A DNA stretch of 32,000 bases, taken from positions 2,670,001 through 2,702,000 of the forward strand of contig NC_000964.3 in assembly GCF_000009045.1 (NCBI RefSeq), given 5' to 3'. The notes under the pieces were generated by a model. The model did not search any database. It was not told where the DNA came from and saw nothing but the letters and a program-made list of their open reading frames with translations. The position numbers and the translations under genes are program-made. The stretch comes from Bacillus subtilis subsp. subtilis str. 168. Its GTDB lineage: Bacteria > Bacillota > Bacilli > Bacillales > Bacillaceae. Positions 9,588-20,382 of this stretch are shown here, one piece after another (position 1 is the stretch's first letter; each line of letters opens with the position of its first letter).

Positions 9588-10988
9588 CTATTTCACCTCA
9601 ACATTAAAGTAGAATTTTTCAGCTGCATCCACCGGTTGAACTGCAAGATCAATCAGGAAGCCGTCACGATCATTATTCAGAGCAATTGTAATGTCATTCT
9701 CTGAATCAAAATCAGTAATGCCCTCGTTATCTTGAAGAACACTCAAGTATTGAGTAATTAGCGTTTTTACAAACTGCAGTCCGTCATTTGTAGCGGGAAC
9801 ATCACTGCCGCTCGCTTTTCGAGACTTGATCAATGCTTTCAATTGTGATGTCAGGTCATTATTGATTGCATCAAGTACACGGACAATTTTGTTTTTCTGG
9901 AACATCTTATTTTTCTCTGCTGTTAGGCTTGTGAGTGAATTAATGTCCTTTTCAACCGATACTGATTTATCACGAGAATCATAAGTAAACAAGAATTCCC
10001 CATTTGACAATCGTTCAACGATTTCGTCGTTGTCAATTCGGTTAAGGACATCTACAGCTCCCTCGTATTCTACAAATGTAAGTGATTGATTAAATGTAGC
10101 CCCCGCACTTGCACCGGCAACCCAAGCTGTAGCTTTTTCAGGAGTGATCTCCGTTCCATCCTCAAGTAGGACACCACCTGTTACATTGATAATACCCTCA
10201 TGGTCTCCCTTGTAATTTGAAAGAACACCTTGAACCTTTTGCCCTTGGTTGTCTCTCAGCCGTTTGATAAACGCAACAAACGTTGCTTTTAATTGCTCGT
10301 TATCCTCTACAGGTAAAGCGATTGTGTCAAAGTATTCCGTTTCAGCCGCTTCCAAGAAAGCTGTATAATCGGCATTTGTCGGTGTTTTGTCTGTTCCGCC
10401 TGACAAGCGGATTCCGGAAGTTGCAGGGAGAGCACCGCTAACATCTTCAGGGGCCGTACCGGTTAACGGAATAGTAACTGTTAAATCTCCTTTCCCCGTA
10501 AACGTGACATATTTATTCGGTTTAAGTTCTTCAGCTTTAGACACTGTTTGTTTATCCACTTCAGATTGATCAAGGTAGGTAGTGACATCAACTTTCGAAG
10601 AGTCAATAACGTTCTCCGTAATACTAATAATGATGTCATTACCTTTAGTGCCGCCATAAAGAGCAGTAGCCTTTACACCTTCGCTAATGTCTGCTGAAGC
10701 ACGAAGACCTTCCGTTAGGCGATAAAGCAAGACTGTATTCGCCTTCTTCATCGCCTCACGTAAAAGCAACAGCGAAGGATCATCAATGTTCAACCCCACT
10801 TTTTTATTCAAGTCCTCGATTGAAGAGATAGAAATGAATTTCTTAACCTCACCCCAGCTGGACGCTATCGGCAGCGCCACTGTTCCACGTTCTCCGGCAG
10901 AAACACGGTTCTCCGCGGTCGTTTTGAAGTTAAAGTAAATACCGGCACGCTCTTTTTCCTTGCCAGGTGTGAAAGTTCCGCCGTTCAT
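9588..10988 (-). CDS. yqbK: Contractile tail sheath protein (XkdK-like)
   Basis: 466-aa ORF. Size and position (before the tube gene) are typical of myovirus-like sheath proteins. Confidence 0.9.
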   Translation of the reverse strand: MNGGTFTPGKEKERAGIYFNFKTTAENRVSAGERGTVALPIASSWGEVKKFISISSIEDLNKKVGLNIDDPSLLLLREAMKKANTVLLYRLTEGLRASADISEGVKATALYGGTKGNDIIISITENVIDSSKVDVTTYLDQSEVDKQTVSKAEELKPNKYVTFTGKGDLTVTIPLTGTAPEDVSGALPATSGIRLSGGTDKTPTNADYTAFLEAAETEYFDTIALPVEDNEQLKATFVAFIKRLRDNQGQKVQGVLSNYKGDHEGIINVTGGVLLEDGTEITPEKATAWVAGASAGATFNQSLTFVEYEGAVDVLNRIDNDEIVERLSNGEFLFTYDSRDKSVSVEKDINSLTSLTAEKNKMFQKNKIVRVLDAINNDLTSQLKALIKSRKASGSDVPATNDGLQFVKTLITQYLSVLQDNEGITDFDSENDITIALNNDRDGFLIDLAVQPVDAAEKFYFNVEVK

Positions 10989-11180
10989 CTATTTGACCTC
11001 CTTTTGAAGAAACTGAGAAATCAACTTCTTCGCTTCCGATTTTGTAATACTCATTTTATGAACATGAAAAAGAGCACCGTCAAACACCTCGGGTTTTACC
11101 CCAAAGAGCTCTCGACTGTGCTCTCGCAAATCCTTAATATAAAAAGCATTTTCTGCTTTCTCTTTTTTAGTGGCCATCAT
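10989..11180 (-). CDS. Small conserved phage protein upstream of sheath (63 aa)
   Basis: ATG overlaps the yqbJ TGA (ATGA) and its stop abuts the yqbK ATG, so it is tightly coupled within the operon. Confidence 0.7.
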   Translation of the reverse strand: MMATKKEKAENAFYIKDLREHSRELFGVKPEVFDGALFHVHKMSITKSEAKKLISQFLQKEVK

Positions 11181-11614
11181 TTCACCCCACTTTTAAATTT
11201 AAAACCATCTATTGAACGCTGATCTTCCCGCTCATACCAATAGCGGCTCGTCCAGTTTAAGACAATGGTCGCATAATCGTCTGATACCCGCGTTTCTATT
11301 CGAGATAGGCGAATAAAATCCCCAGTATCCTCGCCAGATTCTTGTATAAGCGGAATTATGCCTCTTCTGCTTCTAAGTGTATCCGCAATTCGTTCCGCTT
11401 CGTTATGAGCCTTCTGTACGTTTTCGTGAAAGAGTTTTACGTTTAAAACATATGCTTTCTGAAACGTGGATACTGTGTCCACCCCATCGACCGTGGAAGC
11501 CGGTGGAAAGTAAAGAGACGGAACAGCAAAGTCCTGCGGTATTTCTTCTTCATACACTTGAACAGGATACAGTTTGTATAGATAGCCCATAATTGAACCT
11601 ACTTCTTGATTCAT
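11177..11614 (-). CDS. yqbJ: Tail completion / head-tail joining protein (XkdJ-like)
   Basis: 145-aa ORF in the synteny slot between the HK97 gp10-like gene and the sheath gene. Confidence 0.8.
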   Translation of the reverse strand: MNQEVGSIMGYLYKLYPVQVYEEEIPQDFAVPSLYFPPASTVDGVDTVSTFQKAYVLNVKLFHENVQKAHNEAERIADTLRSRRGIIPLIQESGEDTGDFIRLSRIETRVSDDYATIVLNWTSRYWYEREDQRSIDGFKFKSGVK

Positions 11615-11626
11615 GGCAGCACCGCC

Positions 11627-12130
11627 TTAAAATTCTTCATAAATCCATTGCTGCAGCTTCCGCTCAAGGCTTCTCTCAAACATCAACTGAAAAATGGCCA
11701 TGGCGTTATCCCAAAACCCCGAACCGTCTACCCATCGGAACTTCAGCAGCATGCCGGAATTTTTTTCAGCAGGGTCATATTCGAAACGGTCGCCTTTCCA
11801 CCGACCTGGAACCCATCGTCTATCCTGATTTTTAGACGGATCGATAGTAAAGTGCCCGTCATTGACGTATGAGGCGTAATCCAGATTTGTTCCAACATCC
11901 AACTTTAAGCTGCCTTCTGTCATTGAAAAGATATTATCCTGGTCACCTTTCTGAAAGGAATTGAGCAAGCGGCGAGTGTCCACGGTCTTCGTCCTAATGA
12001 TCTCATCTTGGATGATATCTAAGAACTCAAAACCCATTGATTCAAGCCACTGCTCATATTTCCTCTTCAGTCCCCCACGAGAAGCCCGGTCTAATGATTG
12101 TATGAACTGATCGAGACCCCGAATTTTCAT
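11627..12130 (-). CDS. yqbI: HK97 gp10-like tail-component protein (XkdI-like)
   Basis: 167-aa ORF whose start overlaps the yqbH stop. Confidence 0.8.
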   Translation of the reverse strand: MKIRGLDQFIQSLDRASRGGLKRKYEQWLESMGFEFLDIIQDEIIRTKTVDTRRLLNSFQKGDQDNIFSMTEGSLKLDVGTNLDYASYVNDGHFTIDPSKNQDRRWVPGRWKGDRFEYDPAEKNSGMLLKFRWVDGSGFWDNAMAIFQLMFERSLERKLQQWIYEEF

Positions 12131-12489
12131 AAGTATTCAACCTCCCGTACTGCCGTCACTTCCCAATGATGATTCCTGATTTTGCGGGGCTTCTGTAATT
12201 TATAAGCAGTACCATCCCAAACCGCCCTGTCATTTACTCGAATATCAGCAGTAGCAGGGAAATGCACAAGGAAAGATTGATAAATAGATACATTTGACTC
12301 CTGTTGGATAATGGACTGACTCTTCTCTGTAAAATAACACGGCTGATTTTCTATGTCCGGCTCATCAGGGTACGAAAAAACCGGTTGAACATCTTCAACC
12401 GGCACCCCGAATTTTTGCTTTCTATTTTCTTTTTTCTCCTGCAGATGGTAAATGTCACATCTGTGAGTCAATAAGGATTGATAACTCAT
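12127..12489 (-). CDS. yqbH: Head closure / head-tail adaptor protein (XkdH-like)
   Basis: 120-aa ORF with 4-nt overlaps on both sides. Confidence 0.8.
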
Positions 12490-12881
12490 ATTGATCTCAT
12501 CCGCACTTTCGCTTCAATCCCTTCTAAATCAGGGTCAGCCGGTTTCACATAATCTTTTATTAATGCATACACATCAGGTTTTTGAAGAGAACTGCCATCC
12601 CCTAGAGTATAAGAATAGTCACCAATTTTTTCAGTTGTATATCCTTTAATAATTGACTCGTCGCCATTTATAAGAGCATAAAACTGAGACAACTTTAATA
12701 GAGCCAGTCGAACCGTTTCAGGCAAAGGGATATACTCTGCATCTGAAAAATCATGTCCAACTTTAAGAATGATATCGGCAGTTGCCTCAAGGATATCCTG
12801 TTTTAACAACTCGTCAGGTCTGGTCTTTACAGACTCAAAAACTGAATAACTCTTTAATTCATCGGGAGTGATTAACAGCAT
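12486..12881 (-). CDS. yqbG: Head-tail connector (gp6-like) protein
   Basis: 131-aa ORF with GGGGAG RBS, downstream of the capsid gene. Confidence 0.8.
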
Positions 12882-12884
12882 AGG

Positions 12885-13196
12885 TCACTCCCCTTTGTTA
12901 TCTATTTGCTTAAGGATGTAGGCAATTCTTTCATCTGCGTTTTTGAAGTCAGACGGATTGCGACCAAGATTAGAAATAATGGATTCATGCTCTGCTTTAT
13001 TCATACCTTTCAATTCCGATTCAGTATAATTTATCGGATCATCCTTTTGATTATTAAGCTCTTGGGTTAGTATAAAATATGGATTTTCATTTAAATACTC
13101 ATAGAGCTTTTTCGGTACTGTTTGACTGACACCTGCTCGAAAGGTTATTCCCATCACATTGTATGTTTTGCCTTTAATAAGCTTTGCAGTAAACAC
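12885..13196 (-). CDS. yqbF: Small phage head-associated protein with a Rho-N/SAP-like C-terminal helix pair
   Basis: 103-aa ORF with a GTG start after AGGTGG, between the major capsid and connector genes. Confidence 0.75.
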   Translation of the reverse strand: MFTAKLIKGKTYNVMGITFRAGVSQTVPKKLYEYLNENPYFILTQELNNQKDDPINYTESELKGMNKAEHESIISNLGRNPSDFKNADERIAYILKQIDNKGE

Positions 13197-13206
13197 ACCA
13201 GACCAC

Positions 13207-14142
13207 CTACTCCTTCACTTTCACGATCTTGGCTACGGCGTCCTCTTCTTCAAAAACACTATCCAATTTCGCTGTCAAAACAATGATAAACATACGGCGA
13301 CGGATGTCCTTATCTACTTCAATCCGAATGTTACGAGAGAATCCGAGAATAATATTCTTCGGATGAGTTAGGATGATATCAGAAACATCGGCTGCAGTAT
13401 CTCCCTCTCCAATCGTATAAGGCTGTAAATTTGCAATACCTTTGATTGGAACACCAAAAGCAGATGAAAGGCCACCTTGAACAGCTGCATCCCCTAAATT
13501 TGTTTGACGATCAGCTACACGATCTTTCCATTCGACCTCAATACCAGGCGATGTATAGAAACGGAACTCCTGCGGAATTCGCAAATATTTAGGAGGTACA
13601 GCTTTGTATCCTCGTTTAAATGTTTGACGTGTCAGTTCCTCACCTGCAGCATCGACAATATGAGATGTAGCTTGTTTTCTGATGCCATCTAATTGTGCAA
13701 GATATGAGTCGGAGGAAGATGTATCCCCATTTACAAGCAACTCTTCAATATCAACCGCAGCACGCTCAGCTATCATTTGCATGATTGTATTCTGAAGGCC
13801 ATCTTTTTCGATGTTGTTTTCAAGTGTGTCATAGGTAATGTTAACTTCAGCAATTACTTCTTTTGTGCTTAAGTTAACTGTGCTAGTTGATGGAACTGAC
13901 TTTTGATCTTTAGTTAGCGCAACTCCCTCTTGGGCTGCCCTTAAAATACGCTGACCAAAACCGATCTTCTCGATTTTCTGTGTGTCATGGTCCATTTGAA
14001 TAACTCGCGCATCTCTTAAAATGGTTGGCGTATCTTGTACCATTCGAATAAAAGTTGAAGCCTGAGTAGGATTCATAATCCCGCCGCTCTCTAAAGTAGA
14101 AAGCGTCATTTCTGCTTTATTAATAACCTCTTGATTTCTCAT
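13207..14142 (-). CDS. yqbE: Major capsid protein (XkdG-like)
   Basis: 311-aa ORF with GGAGG RBS, following the protease/scaffold gene. Confidence 0.88.
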   Translation of the reverse strand: MRNQEVINKAEMTLSTLESGGIMNPTQASTFIRMVQDTPTILRDARVIQMDHDTQKIEKIGFGQRILRAAQEGVALTKDQKSVPSTSTVNLSTKEVIAEVNITYDTLENNIEKDGLQNTIMQMIAERAAVDIEELLVNGDTSSSDSYLAQLDGIRKQATSHIVDAAGEELTRQTFKRGYKAVPPKYLRIPQEFRFYTSPGIEVEWKDRVADRQTNLGDAAVQGGLSSAFGVPIKGIANLQPYTIGEGDTAADVSDIILTHPKNIILGFSRNIRIEVDKDIRRRMFIIVLTAKLDSVFEEEDAVAKIVKVKE

Positions 14143-14160
14143 TCGTATCCTCCTTATCCA

Positions 14161-15129
14161 TTAAAACAACCCTGACCAGATTGATTTTTGAACTTGTTCG
14201 GAACCCGATTCTTCAGTTTGCTTAGATGTTCCGCGACTTTTTTCGATTGCTTCAATACGATCAGCGAGCGGTTGAACAGCTTCTGAAATTGCCTTTTTCA
14301 ACTTCTCGCCCTCTTTTTCAGTCTCTTCTTCTTTTTCTTTATCTTTCTTATTAAGCTCTTCCTCTTTTTCTAATGTCTCGAGCCGCTTCTTAATTGGCTC
14401 TAATGCTTCTTGAATGGATTTAGTTACTTCCTCCGAAGTCATTTCTTCTTCCCCCTCTTTTGTTTCTACCTGACTCAGTAAATTACCAAGGGCAGCATGA
14501 GCATTCTTAATTTCTTGCAGGTTTGAAGCGGAAAATTTTCTGCCCGCCTTTGCAACTGGCTCTTCATATGATTGCTGTTGTTTTCCAACAAAAAAGTTTT
14601 TGAGCAAATTAAATAGCCCTTTCTCATCTGTTTTCTCTTGAGAAACGGGCTTTTCTTGTTTTTCAATCGTCTCAGCAGTTCCTGCCATTGAATAACCGGT
14701 AATTTCGCCTTTTTTGATTTGCTCCCATACTTCCTCAGAAGCCTTTGTGACAAGGACCCATGATCCCTTTTTAATGGTTTCCCCATTCATTTCAAAGTCT
14801 GCCGGTGCGACATAGGACTCAACCACCTCACCAACACCACCCTGAAAGTCATGTTGCTTGTCGATTTGACGAGCATCTTTCAGGAATCCATGAGCGGCCT
14901 TTTCGATTTCTGCAGCTGTCATGAAATCTCCGTGGGCGTCCACTGTATCAGGTTCATACACGATACCGTAAACAAGTTTTTGCTCGTCTGCCTCTTTCGC
15001 AAGGATTCTGACTTCCTTTTGAAAATCAGGTTGTTTTTCTGATTTCACAATAAAGAACTGCTTTTGATTAGCAGCCTTATCCACATAAGAAACATGTGTG
15101 ATTTTTGCGTTCACCAATTCTCTTGGCAT
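14161..15129 (-). CDS. yqbD: Prohead protease-like (XkdF-like) N-domain fused to an E/K-rich scaffold-like C-terminus
   Basis: The ORF is listed from 15138 (GTG), but AAGGAGGTG lies 6 nt before the ATG at 15129, giving 322 aa. The C-terminal EEEMTSEEV...KEKEEETEKEGEKLKK stretch has coiled-coil character. Confidence 0.8.
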   Translation of the reverse strand: MPRELVNAKITHVSYVDKAANQKQFFIVKSEKQPDFQKEVRILAKEADEQKLVYGIVYEPDTVDAHGDFMTAAEIEKAAHGFLKDARQIDKQHDFQGGVGEVVESYVAPADFEMNGETIKKGSWVLVTKASEEVWEQIKKGEITGYSMAGTAETIEKQEKPVSQEKTDEKGLFNLLKNFFVGKQQQSYEEPVAKAGRKFSASNLQEIKNAHAALGNLLSQVETKEGEEEMTSEEVTKSIQEALEPIKKRLETLEKEEELNKKDKEKEEETEKEGEKLKKAISEAVQPLADRIEAIEKSRGTSKQTEESGSEQVQKSIWSGLF

Positions 15130-15145
15130 GTTATTCACCTCCTTA

Positions 15146-15175
15146 AAATAAGAAAAGACTTCTAATTAGAAGTCT
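15146..15175 (-). terminator. Intrinsic terminator of yqbC, immediately upstream of yqbD
   Basis: 8-bp stem agacttct/agaagtct with loop aatt, overlapping the yqbC stop. Followed on the minus strand by ttttcttatttt. Confidence 0.65.
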
Positions 15176-15815
15176 CACCAGCTGTATTCTCAGCAACATA
15201 ATTGCTTGTTATCTCCATTAACCTTTTTACACTCTTATCTACATTCCAGAAAAATTTATTCATAATGTAGCTTTGTGAAATATGACTTTTCTCTAAGTCA
15301 TGAACTATATTCATTATATCAAGTAAGCTTTCCGCAAATGAATCATTAAGAATTTTATGGCGTTTCAAATAATCAACCATGTATAACATGCCTATACCTT
15401 GAGATTTATCTGCCGCATCATCTTTTTCTGATACTTTTTCATAAAGATTTTTCACTGCTCCATATAAACGAATCATTTCCATTTTTAGTAGTAAGTCATT
15501 ATCCCCTTTAATGCTTGTCTTCTCATTATAATGGGAATGTGTTTCCTCAGTGATTTCAGAATTACTTTCTAAATTTAATGAATCTTTTAGATTTTGATCA
15601 TCAGTTCCATATTGATTCTCTTTATTCAATTGGAAACTAATCTTATCTAATTTTTGGTCAATAGTGAATTCAAATTCCCAATCCTTATATTTAATTTTCG
15701 CCAAGGTACTGATCAAATTTGAAACCGGTTGTTTTAATTTAAAAACCAAGATAATTATTGCTACCGGCCAAATGATTGATTTGACTATTGAAGAGATAAA
15801 CTCCATCCAATTCAT
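15162..15815 (-). CDS. yqbC: Cargo (moron) protein of unknown function with an N-terminal TM helix
   Basis: 217-aa ORF, visibly AT-rich. N-terminus is [25 protein letters not shown]. It has no PBSX counterpart in this slot (from memory of the xkdE-xkdF junction) and carries its own promoter and terminator. Confidence 0.8.
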
Positions 15816-15844
15816 ATTTTCCCCACCTAATATGTAATGAGGAC

Positions 15845-15873
15845 ATTATACTATTTTATTCCATGTTTGCTAA
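15845..15873 (-). promoter_or_regulatory. Sigma-A-type promoter for yqbC (TTAGCA-N17-TATAAT) embedded in the 3' end of yqbB
   Basis: On the minus strand the -35 ttagca is at 15873..15868, the spacer is 17 nt, and the -10 tataat is at 15850..15845. AGGTGGGG RBS follows. Confidence 0.55.
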
Positions 15874-16773
15874 GACTTCTCTTTGAATCTCTTCTTTTTC
15901 TTCGGGTGATAAGCCTAAAATCTTACTATCTACCACAGGCGATAGAACACAATGGCAGTTAACCCGCTCCCTTGTTGATAGTTTAGGATCCCTCGGAAAC
16001 ATGCAGGTTTCGCTACTGCCCGGTATCTGAAATTCTTCATCTACTCCAATGACTGTACCGTCAAGATCAATGTGATTTTCACGAGGATTGTTCTTCTTCC
16101 CTCCGCTGTGCCGCCATTTCTTTTTCTTTACTGCCGGCGATTGTGCATATGATTCATGCTGCGCGGCAGAGGAAGCGGCAAGCACTTCTGTGATGGCTGT
16201 GGTACGCGCCCGCTCCCTATCAAATTGTGGCATGTCTTTGAGAGTCAACTCAATGTCCTGGATTGATGAACCGTTCTCGATAGCATTAGTTAGCACGTCC
16301 TCCACCACTTCATGTGTGTTTAACTTCATGATCTCAGCCAGCTTCTTTGACCAATCCTTAATCCAATTAATCGTACGATTGGATAAGACTTTAAAAGGCA
16401 CCTCTGGATCTATTGAATCCATGATTACTTCAGCCATTTCTTCAATAGTCTGTTGCAGGAATCCCTCAGTCAGTTCCTGAAATTCTTCCTCGAAGTCATC
16501 CTCCGCGAATAGGTTCTGAGTAAAAAACACTAGAAGGGCTTTTAACGTCTCTTCTGAGTCTTTGCTTACAAAACCTTTGAGACCATCTAAAAACTTCTTA
16601 TGCTGGCGTCTGAGCAATCTGGCAATGCCTTTTTCATATTCCTCCACATATTTGGGGATATTAGATTTGCCAGGAAAGTCAGGTACCATCTCCCCCAATT
16701 GCTTATACTGATTTTCCTCGGCTTTTTGAATAAAGACATTTAAACTCTCCAATAGCTTATCCGTTTTGTTCAT
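15856..16773 (-). CDS. yqbB: Head morphogenesis protein, SPP1 gp7 / Mu F family
   Basis: 305-aa ORF with the C-terminal motif region WRHSGGKKNNPRENHIDLDG...RERVNCHCVL typical of the family. Start overlaps the portal stop. Confidence 0.85.
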   Translation of the reverse strand: MNKTDKLLESLNVFIQKAEENQYKQLGEMVPDFPGKSNIPKYVEEYEKGIARLLRRQHKKFLDGLKGFVSKDSEETLKALLVFFTQNLFAEDDFEEEFQELTEGFLQQTIEEMAEVIMDSIDPEVPFKVLSNRTINWIKDWSKKLAEIMKLNTHEVVEDVLTNAIENGSSIQDIELTLKDMPQFDRERARTTAITEVLAASSAAQHESYAQSPAVKKKKWRHSGGKKNNPRENHIDLDGTVIGVDEEFQIPGSSETCMFPRDPKLSTRERVNCHCVLSPVVDSKILGLSPEEKEEIQREVLANME

Positions 16774-18302
16774 CTCTTCAAATCCTCCAGAACATCCCGC
16801 ATATCTTTTAATAACCCGATCATATTAGGAGTACCGTTCTTAGATTTAAACAGTGCAGCCAAAGGATCGGAAACGGACGACTCGTTAGTTTTACCAAGCG
16901 GCCTGTTGTATTCTTCTTCTGGCCATTCTTCAAGCGTCTTACCAAGTACCCGTCCAGCCAAATCGCGTAAATCATTCGGAGAAACTGCACCTGCTGTTAT
17001 AAACGGTGTTAGAACCTTAGCAATTTCTAAAGGATCTCTAAAGTCTGGCCCTTTTAGTTGGAGTCGGACTTTATGAATTTCAAGATCATTTAGAAATAAA
17101 GCATTCAGTTTACCTGTGATTAATTTTCGTTCAGGCTGAAATACTTGTTCCTCAGTAATCTTTCTTGCTGTGTCAGCTGTCGCTCTGTTGTAATCTTGAG
17201 CTTCACCTGTATAAAGTGGGGGCAAACGAAAAGCCGATCTAATTTTATCTCGGTTCTTTTGGTCATATTCAAGAAACAAAGCATCTTCTTGAAGGATTTC
17301 AGCAAGTGACTTAATATCAACTTTCACTGGTGCAATCTCTTCATCACCATGAATGTTTTTCCCCTTCGCTATCCCTTCTGCTTCAAGTAATAGAAACTTA
17401 TGAGCGTTCTCCACTCCTTCAAGCCCATTCATGTAATCCTGCAATTGTGTGTATGAGTCCTCAGACAACATTCCATTTTCTATTGTGATGGCAGCGGGAA
17501 TATGTCTTCCTTGTTTGAAGTACATAAAGTTCAGCTCTTCAGCTTTACGAGCACCATACAAATTAACAATATGGCCAATCCATCGCGGTTTCCCATAAAT
17601 ACCGCTTCCTATTTTGAAATGGACCACTTCATTTGCTCGTTTCTCCAATGGGGTCTGTTCATCATATTGACCTGTCTCTAAATTTAAAGTGCGAGGATCA
17701 CCATATTCTTTAAAATAAACCATACGGCCGTCAATCATCTGAACATACTTTCGGAATCGTTTCTCTCTTTTGATTGATTTCATTTGTCCTTGTTCGAAGT
17801 ACGTAAAATCAACTTCGATTGGTTCAGACAGTTTGCAAACTCGTACATTTTGAACGTCCATGTATTCAATGCCGGCTGGCTTATTTTCACCGTTTCGAAT
17901 GACCTCAATAAAGCCATTGCCCGTCTTTTCTCTATCTTCAATAACAAATCCGAGTAAAGTCTCAGCTGACTCATCAAAGTGAAGATATTTAACGAACTCT
18001 TCAAGCTTTGTCCATTCACTTTCAGCTTCTGTTTTTTCTTCATTTGTCACATCTGGCGAATTCACATCAAAAGAATACTCGAAATCAAATCCAAAGCCCA
18101 CAATATTTGTCCTGTAGGCATCAACACATTGCTGTAAGATTGTTGAATACTCAGCAATCATTTTTAATTCCTTTAGGTTATACGGAGGAGGCAAAATATT
18201 GCTGTCATAGCTGTCAGCAAATTCATCTTCATAAATTTGTTTCGTTGATTCAGTAGGTGGAGAGGCTTTGATCACTCGTGCTTTAACAGATTTTTTTGAC
18301 AT
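16770..18302 (-). CDS. yqbA: Portal protein
   Basis: 510-aa ORF directly after the large terminase gene, with GGAGG RBS. Confidence 0.9.
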   Translation of the reverse strand: MSKKSVKARVIKASPPTESTKQIYEDEFADSYDSNILPPPYNLKELKMIAEYSTILQQCVDAYRTNIVGFGFDFEYSFDVNSPDVTNEEKTEAESEWTKLEEFVKYLHFDESAETLLGFVIEDREKTGNGFIEVIRNGENKPAGIEYMDVQNVRVCKLSEPIEVDFTYFEQGQMKSIKREKRFRKYVQMIDGRMVYFKEYGDPRTLNLETGQYDEQTPLEKRANEVVHFKIGSGIYGKPRWIGHIVNLYGARKAEELNFMYFKQGRHIPAAITIENGMLSEDSYTQLQDYMNGLEGVENAHKFLLLEAEGIAKGKNIHGDEEIAPVKVDIKSLAEILQEDALFLEYDQKNRDKIRSAFRLPPLYTGEAQDYNRATADTARKITEEQVFQPERKLITGKLNALFLNDLEIHKVRLQLKGPDFRDPLEIAKVLTPFITAGAVSPNDLRDLAGRVLGKTLEEWPEEEYNRPLGKTNESSVSDPLAALFKSKNGTPNMIGLLKDMRDVLEDLKR

Positions 18303-18305
18303 GCT

Positions 18306-19601
18306 TTACCTCCTTCCTGGTCTTGATCTTTGCGGTCTTCCTTTTGATTCTTCTTTCAAATCGGTTACCTCATAATCATCGAGAGCGTACCAGATAGCTG
18401 ACAGTGTATGCGGGTCTATGGTGAACTCGTCTTCTATGATGTTCCCCAGCTTATCGGTAGCATAAGCAAGCGGCTTAAGCTCATAAATCGTGTTCTCGCA
18501 ACGATCAGAGCAAATGATCTTCCTGAACCGCTTGATTTTCTTTGTATACTGAAGGCGTGATCCTTGATATTTACGGGCACCCACCATATTGAAACCGTGT
18601 TGCTGAAAATAACGGATTGTCTTTGGCTCTGCTGAATCCGCCTTGATTAATTCCTTAGTCTCTGCAAATTCCTTAAGTTCTTCGGCTGTCTTATCATCCG
18701 TTAATCCATTTTTGTAATACTCCCAGTAGATATAGAGATATTTCTTTTCATGATCCACAGCAACCCTAACGACGGCGTTATACGATTCCACAAAACCAAA
18801 GTCCATGCCAACCCGTTTAAGCGGGCGGTTAATATTAGAGATTGCAGTCATAACCTCTTCATGCGGTCGCTCTTCAAACTGCGGCAGAACCCGAATTCCA
18901 TTCACGCCAAAATGACCTTTCCGCGCAATTCGGTAAAGGTCTGGATCGTATTCCTTCAATTCTTCAAGTTGCTGGACATAGCTTTCTGGCAGGAAAAGAT
19001 TATCATCTGCCGTTGAGTGATGATAATAGGTGTCGTTGCTAACGATTATCCGCTTTTCATAAAGTTCCTTATCATCCAGTACAAAGCGCTTCTCCCTATC
19101 ATCCTTGAAGAAATGCTTAAAAGTCCAATTGTCCTCTCCAACTGGATTTGTTGAAAGTATCATGTGAAGCGGCAATGTCGGGTGACGAAGACGTCCAAGA
19201 AGCTCCTTGAACCCCTCATATTTTACTTCAGAGCATTCCTCAATCCAAATGAGGGAAATATTATTGATTGATTTCAGTTTGGCTGGCTTATCCATCCCTT
19301 TAAAGATGATTCTGCTGCCATTTGAAAATCGAATCTGCATCGGAGAAGATACACATCTAACGATATGATCTAATTTTAGATCACTTACAAGTTCATCAAA
19401 AAGTGAAAATGTTGAGTCCCTATGTGTGTCGTACACTTCTCTGATAACAAGTGCAGTACGCTTTTCTCTGAGCAATTTCAGAACAATCTTGAGCGCCACA
19501 TGATAGCTTTTGGATGATCCATAACCACCCACAAGAAACTGAAACTTTTGATTCCAGTCAAAGAGAAATTCTTTAAAATGTGGATTTACCTGTTTAATCA
19601 C
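18306..19601 (-). CDS. yqaT: Terminase large subunit
   Basis: Walker A-like GGYGSSKS near the N-terminus, with a nuclease half at the C-terminus. The ORF is listed from 19610, but GTG at 19601 has AAAGGTGA 5 nt upstream (431 aa). Confidence 0.9.
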
Positions 19602-20313
19602 TGTCATCACCTTTGTTTACAATGGTGATCTCAAAAGGTTTATCTTCTTCTGTAAGTTCTTCGATCTCTATTTTTTTCTTGTTGATATTTAAGCGCATAT
19701 GCTCCAATTTAAGGCGTCGTTCGTCTTCCGAATGGGCTAATTCATCAAACTGTTTAATTAAATTCCTGAGCTCTGCCATTGCACGAGATTGAGCGTTCAA
19801 GAACGTTGCATGACGATCCCAAGAAAATTGAAATTCGAATTCTTCCTCTTCGACTTCGTTTGTCTCAGATAGCACAGACTTTTTCTTTTTCAGTTCTTTA
19901 ATCATTTCCTGCTTATCAGAAACGAACATGATCTTTTGCGCCCTTATTATTGCGGCATATTGGATCTGTATCTGATCCCATATCATATCGACAGGCGAAC
20001 GTTCTTGAATCCCTTCCATGATGGATAGCGTTTCTTCTGGCAGGAACTTAGAGAAGAATCCATGAGTCACAGCGTTTTGATTTCCCTTAGGTGCGCCGCC
20101 ATTATTACCTAACGCATTCTTGTTACCGAGTGGTGCACCTACTTTTTTTGTGTGCACACCTTTTTTTAAGGGTGCACCCTTTTTTCTTTGCCAACCATGG
20201 CGTTGTTTCCACGATTTAATGGTGTTCACAGATACCCCATATTTCTCGGCAAGGTCCTTGTATTTCATACCTTTGGCGTAATCCTTATACGCCTGTATGT
20301 GCTTATCAACCAT
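19594..20313 (-). CDS. yqaS: Terminase small subunit with N-terminal HTH
   Basis: 239-aa ORF with the N-terminal HTH segment [24 protein letters not shown]. Overlaps the yqaT start. Confidence 0.85.
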
Positions 20314-20352
20314 CTACATTCACTGCCGCCTCCTTTTAGATTGAGTTGTTTT

Positions 20353-20382
20353 GAAAATAAAAAAGCTCCTCAAAAGAAGCTT
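20353..20382 (-). terminator. Intrinsic terminator after yqaR, upstream of terminase genes
   Basis: On the minus strand: aagcttc-ttttg-aggagctt (7-bp stem with one G-U) followed by ttttatttt. It overlaps the yqaR stop. Confidence 0.6.

Noticed and set aside
447-18256. Many 60-130 aa plus-strand ORFs nested in minus-strand phage genes (for example 447-827, 733-1086, 5962-6360, 16088-16480, 18008-18256)
   Set aside because: All lie fully inside long, RBS-supported, syntenic minus-strand genes. They lack SD sequences and have skewed composition.
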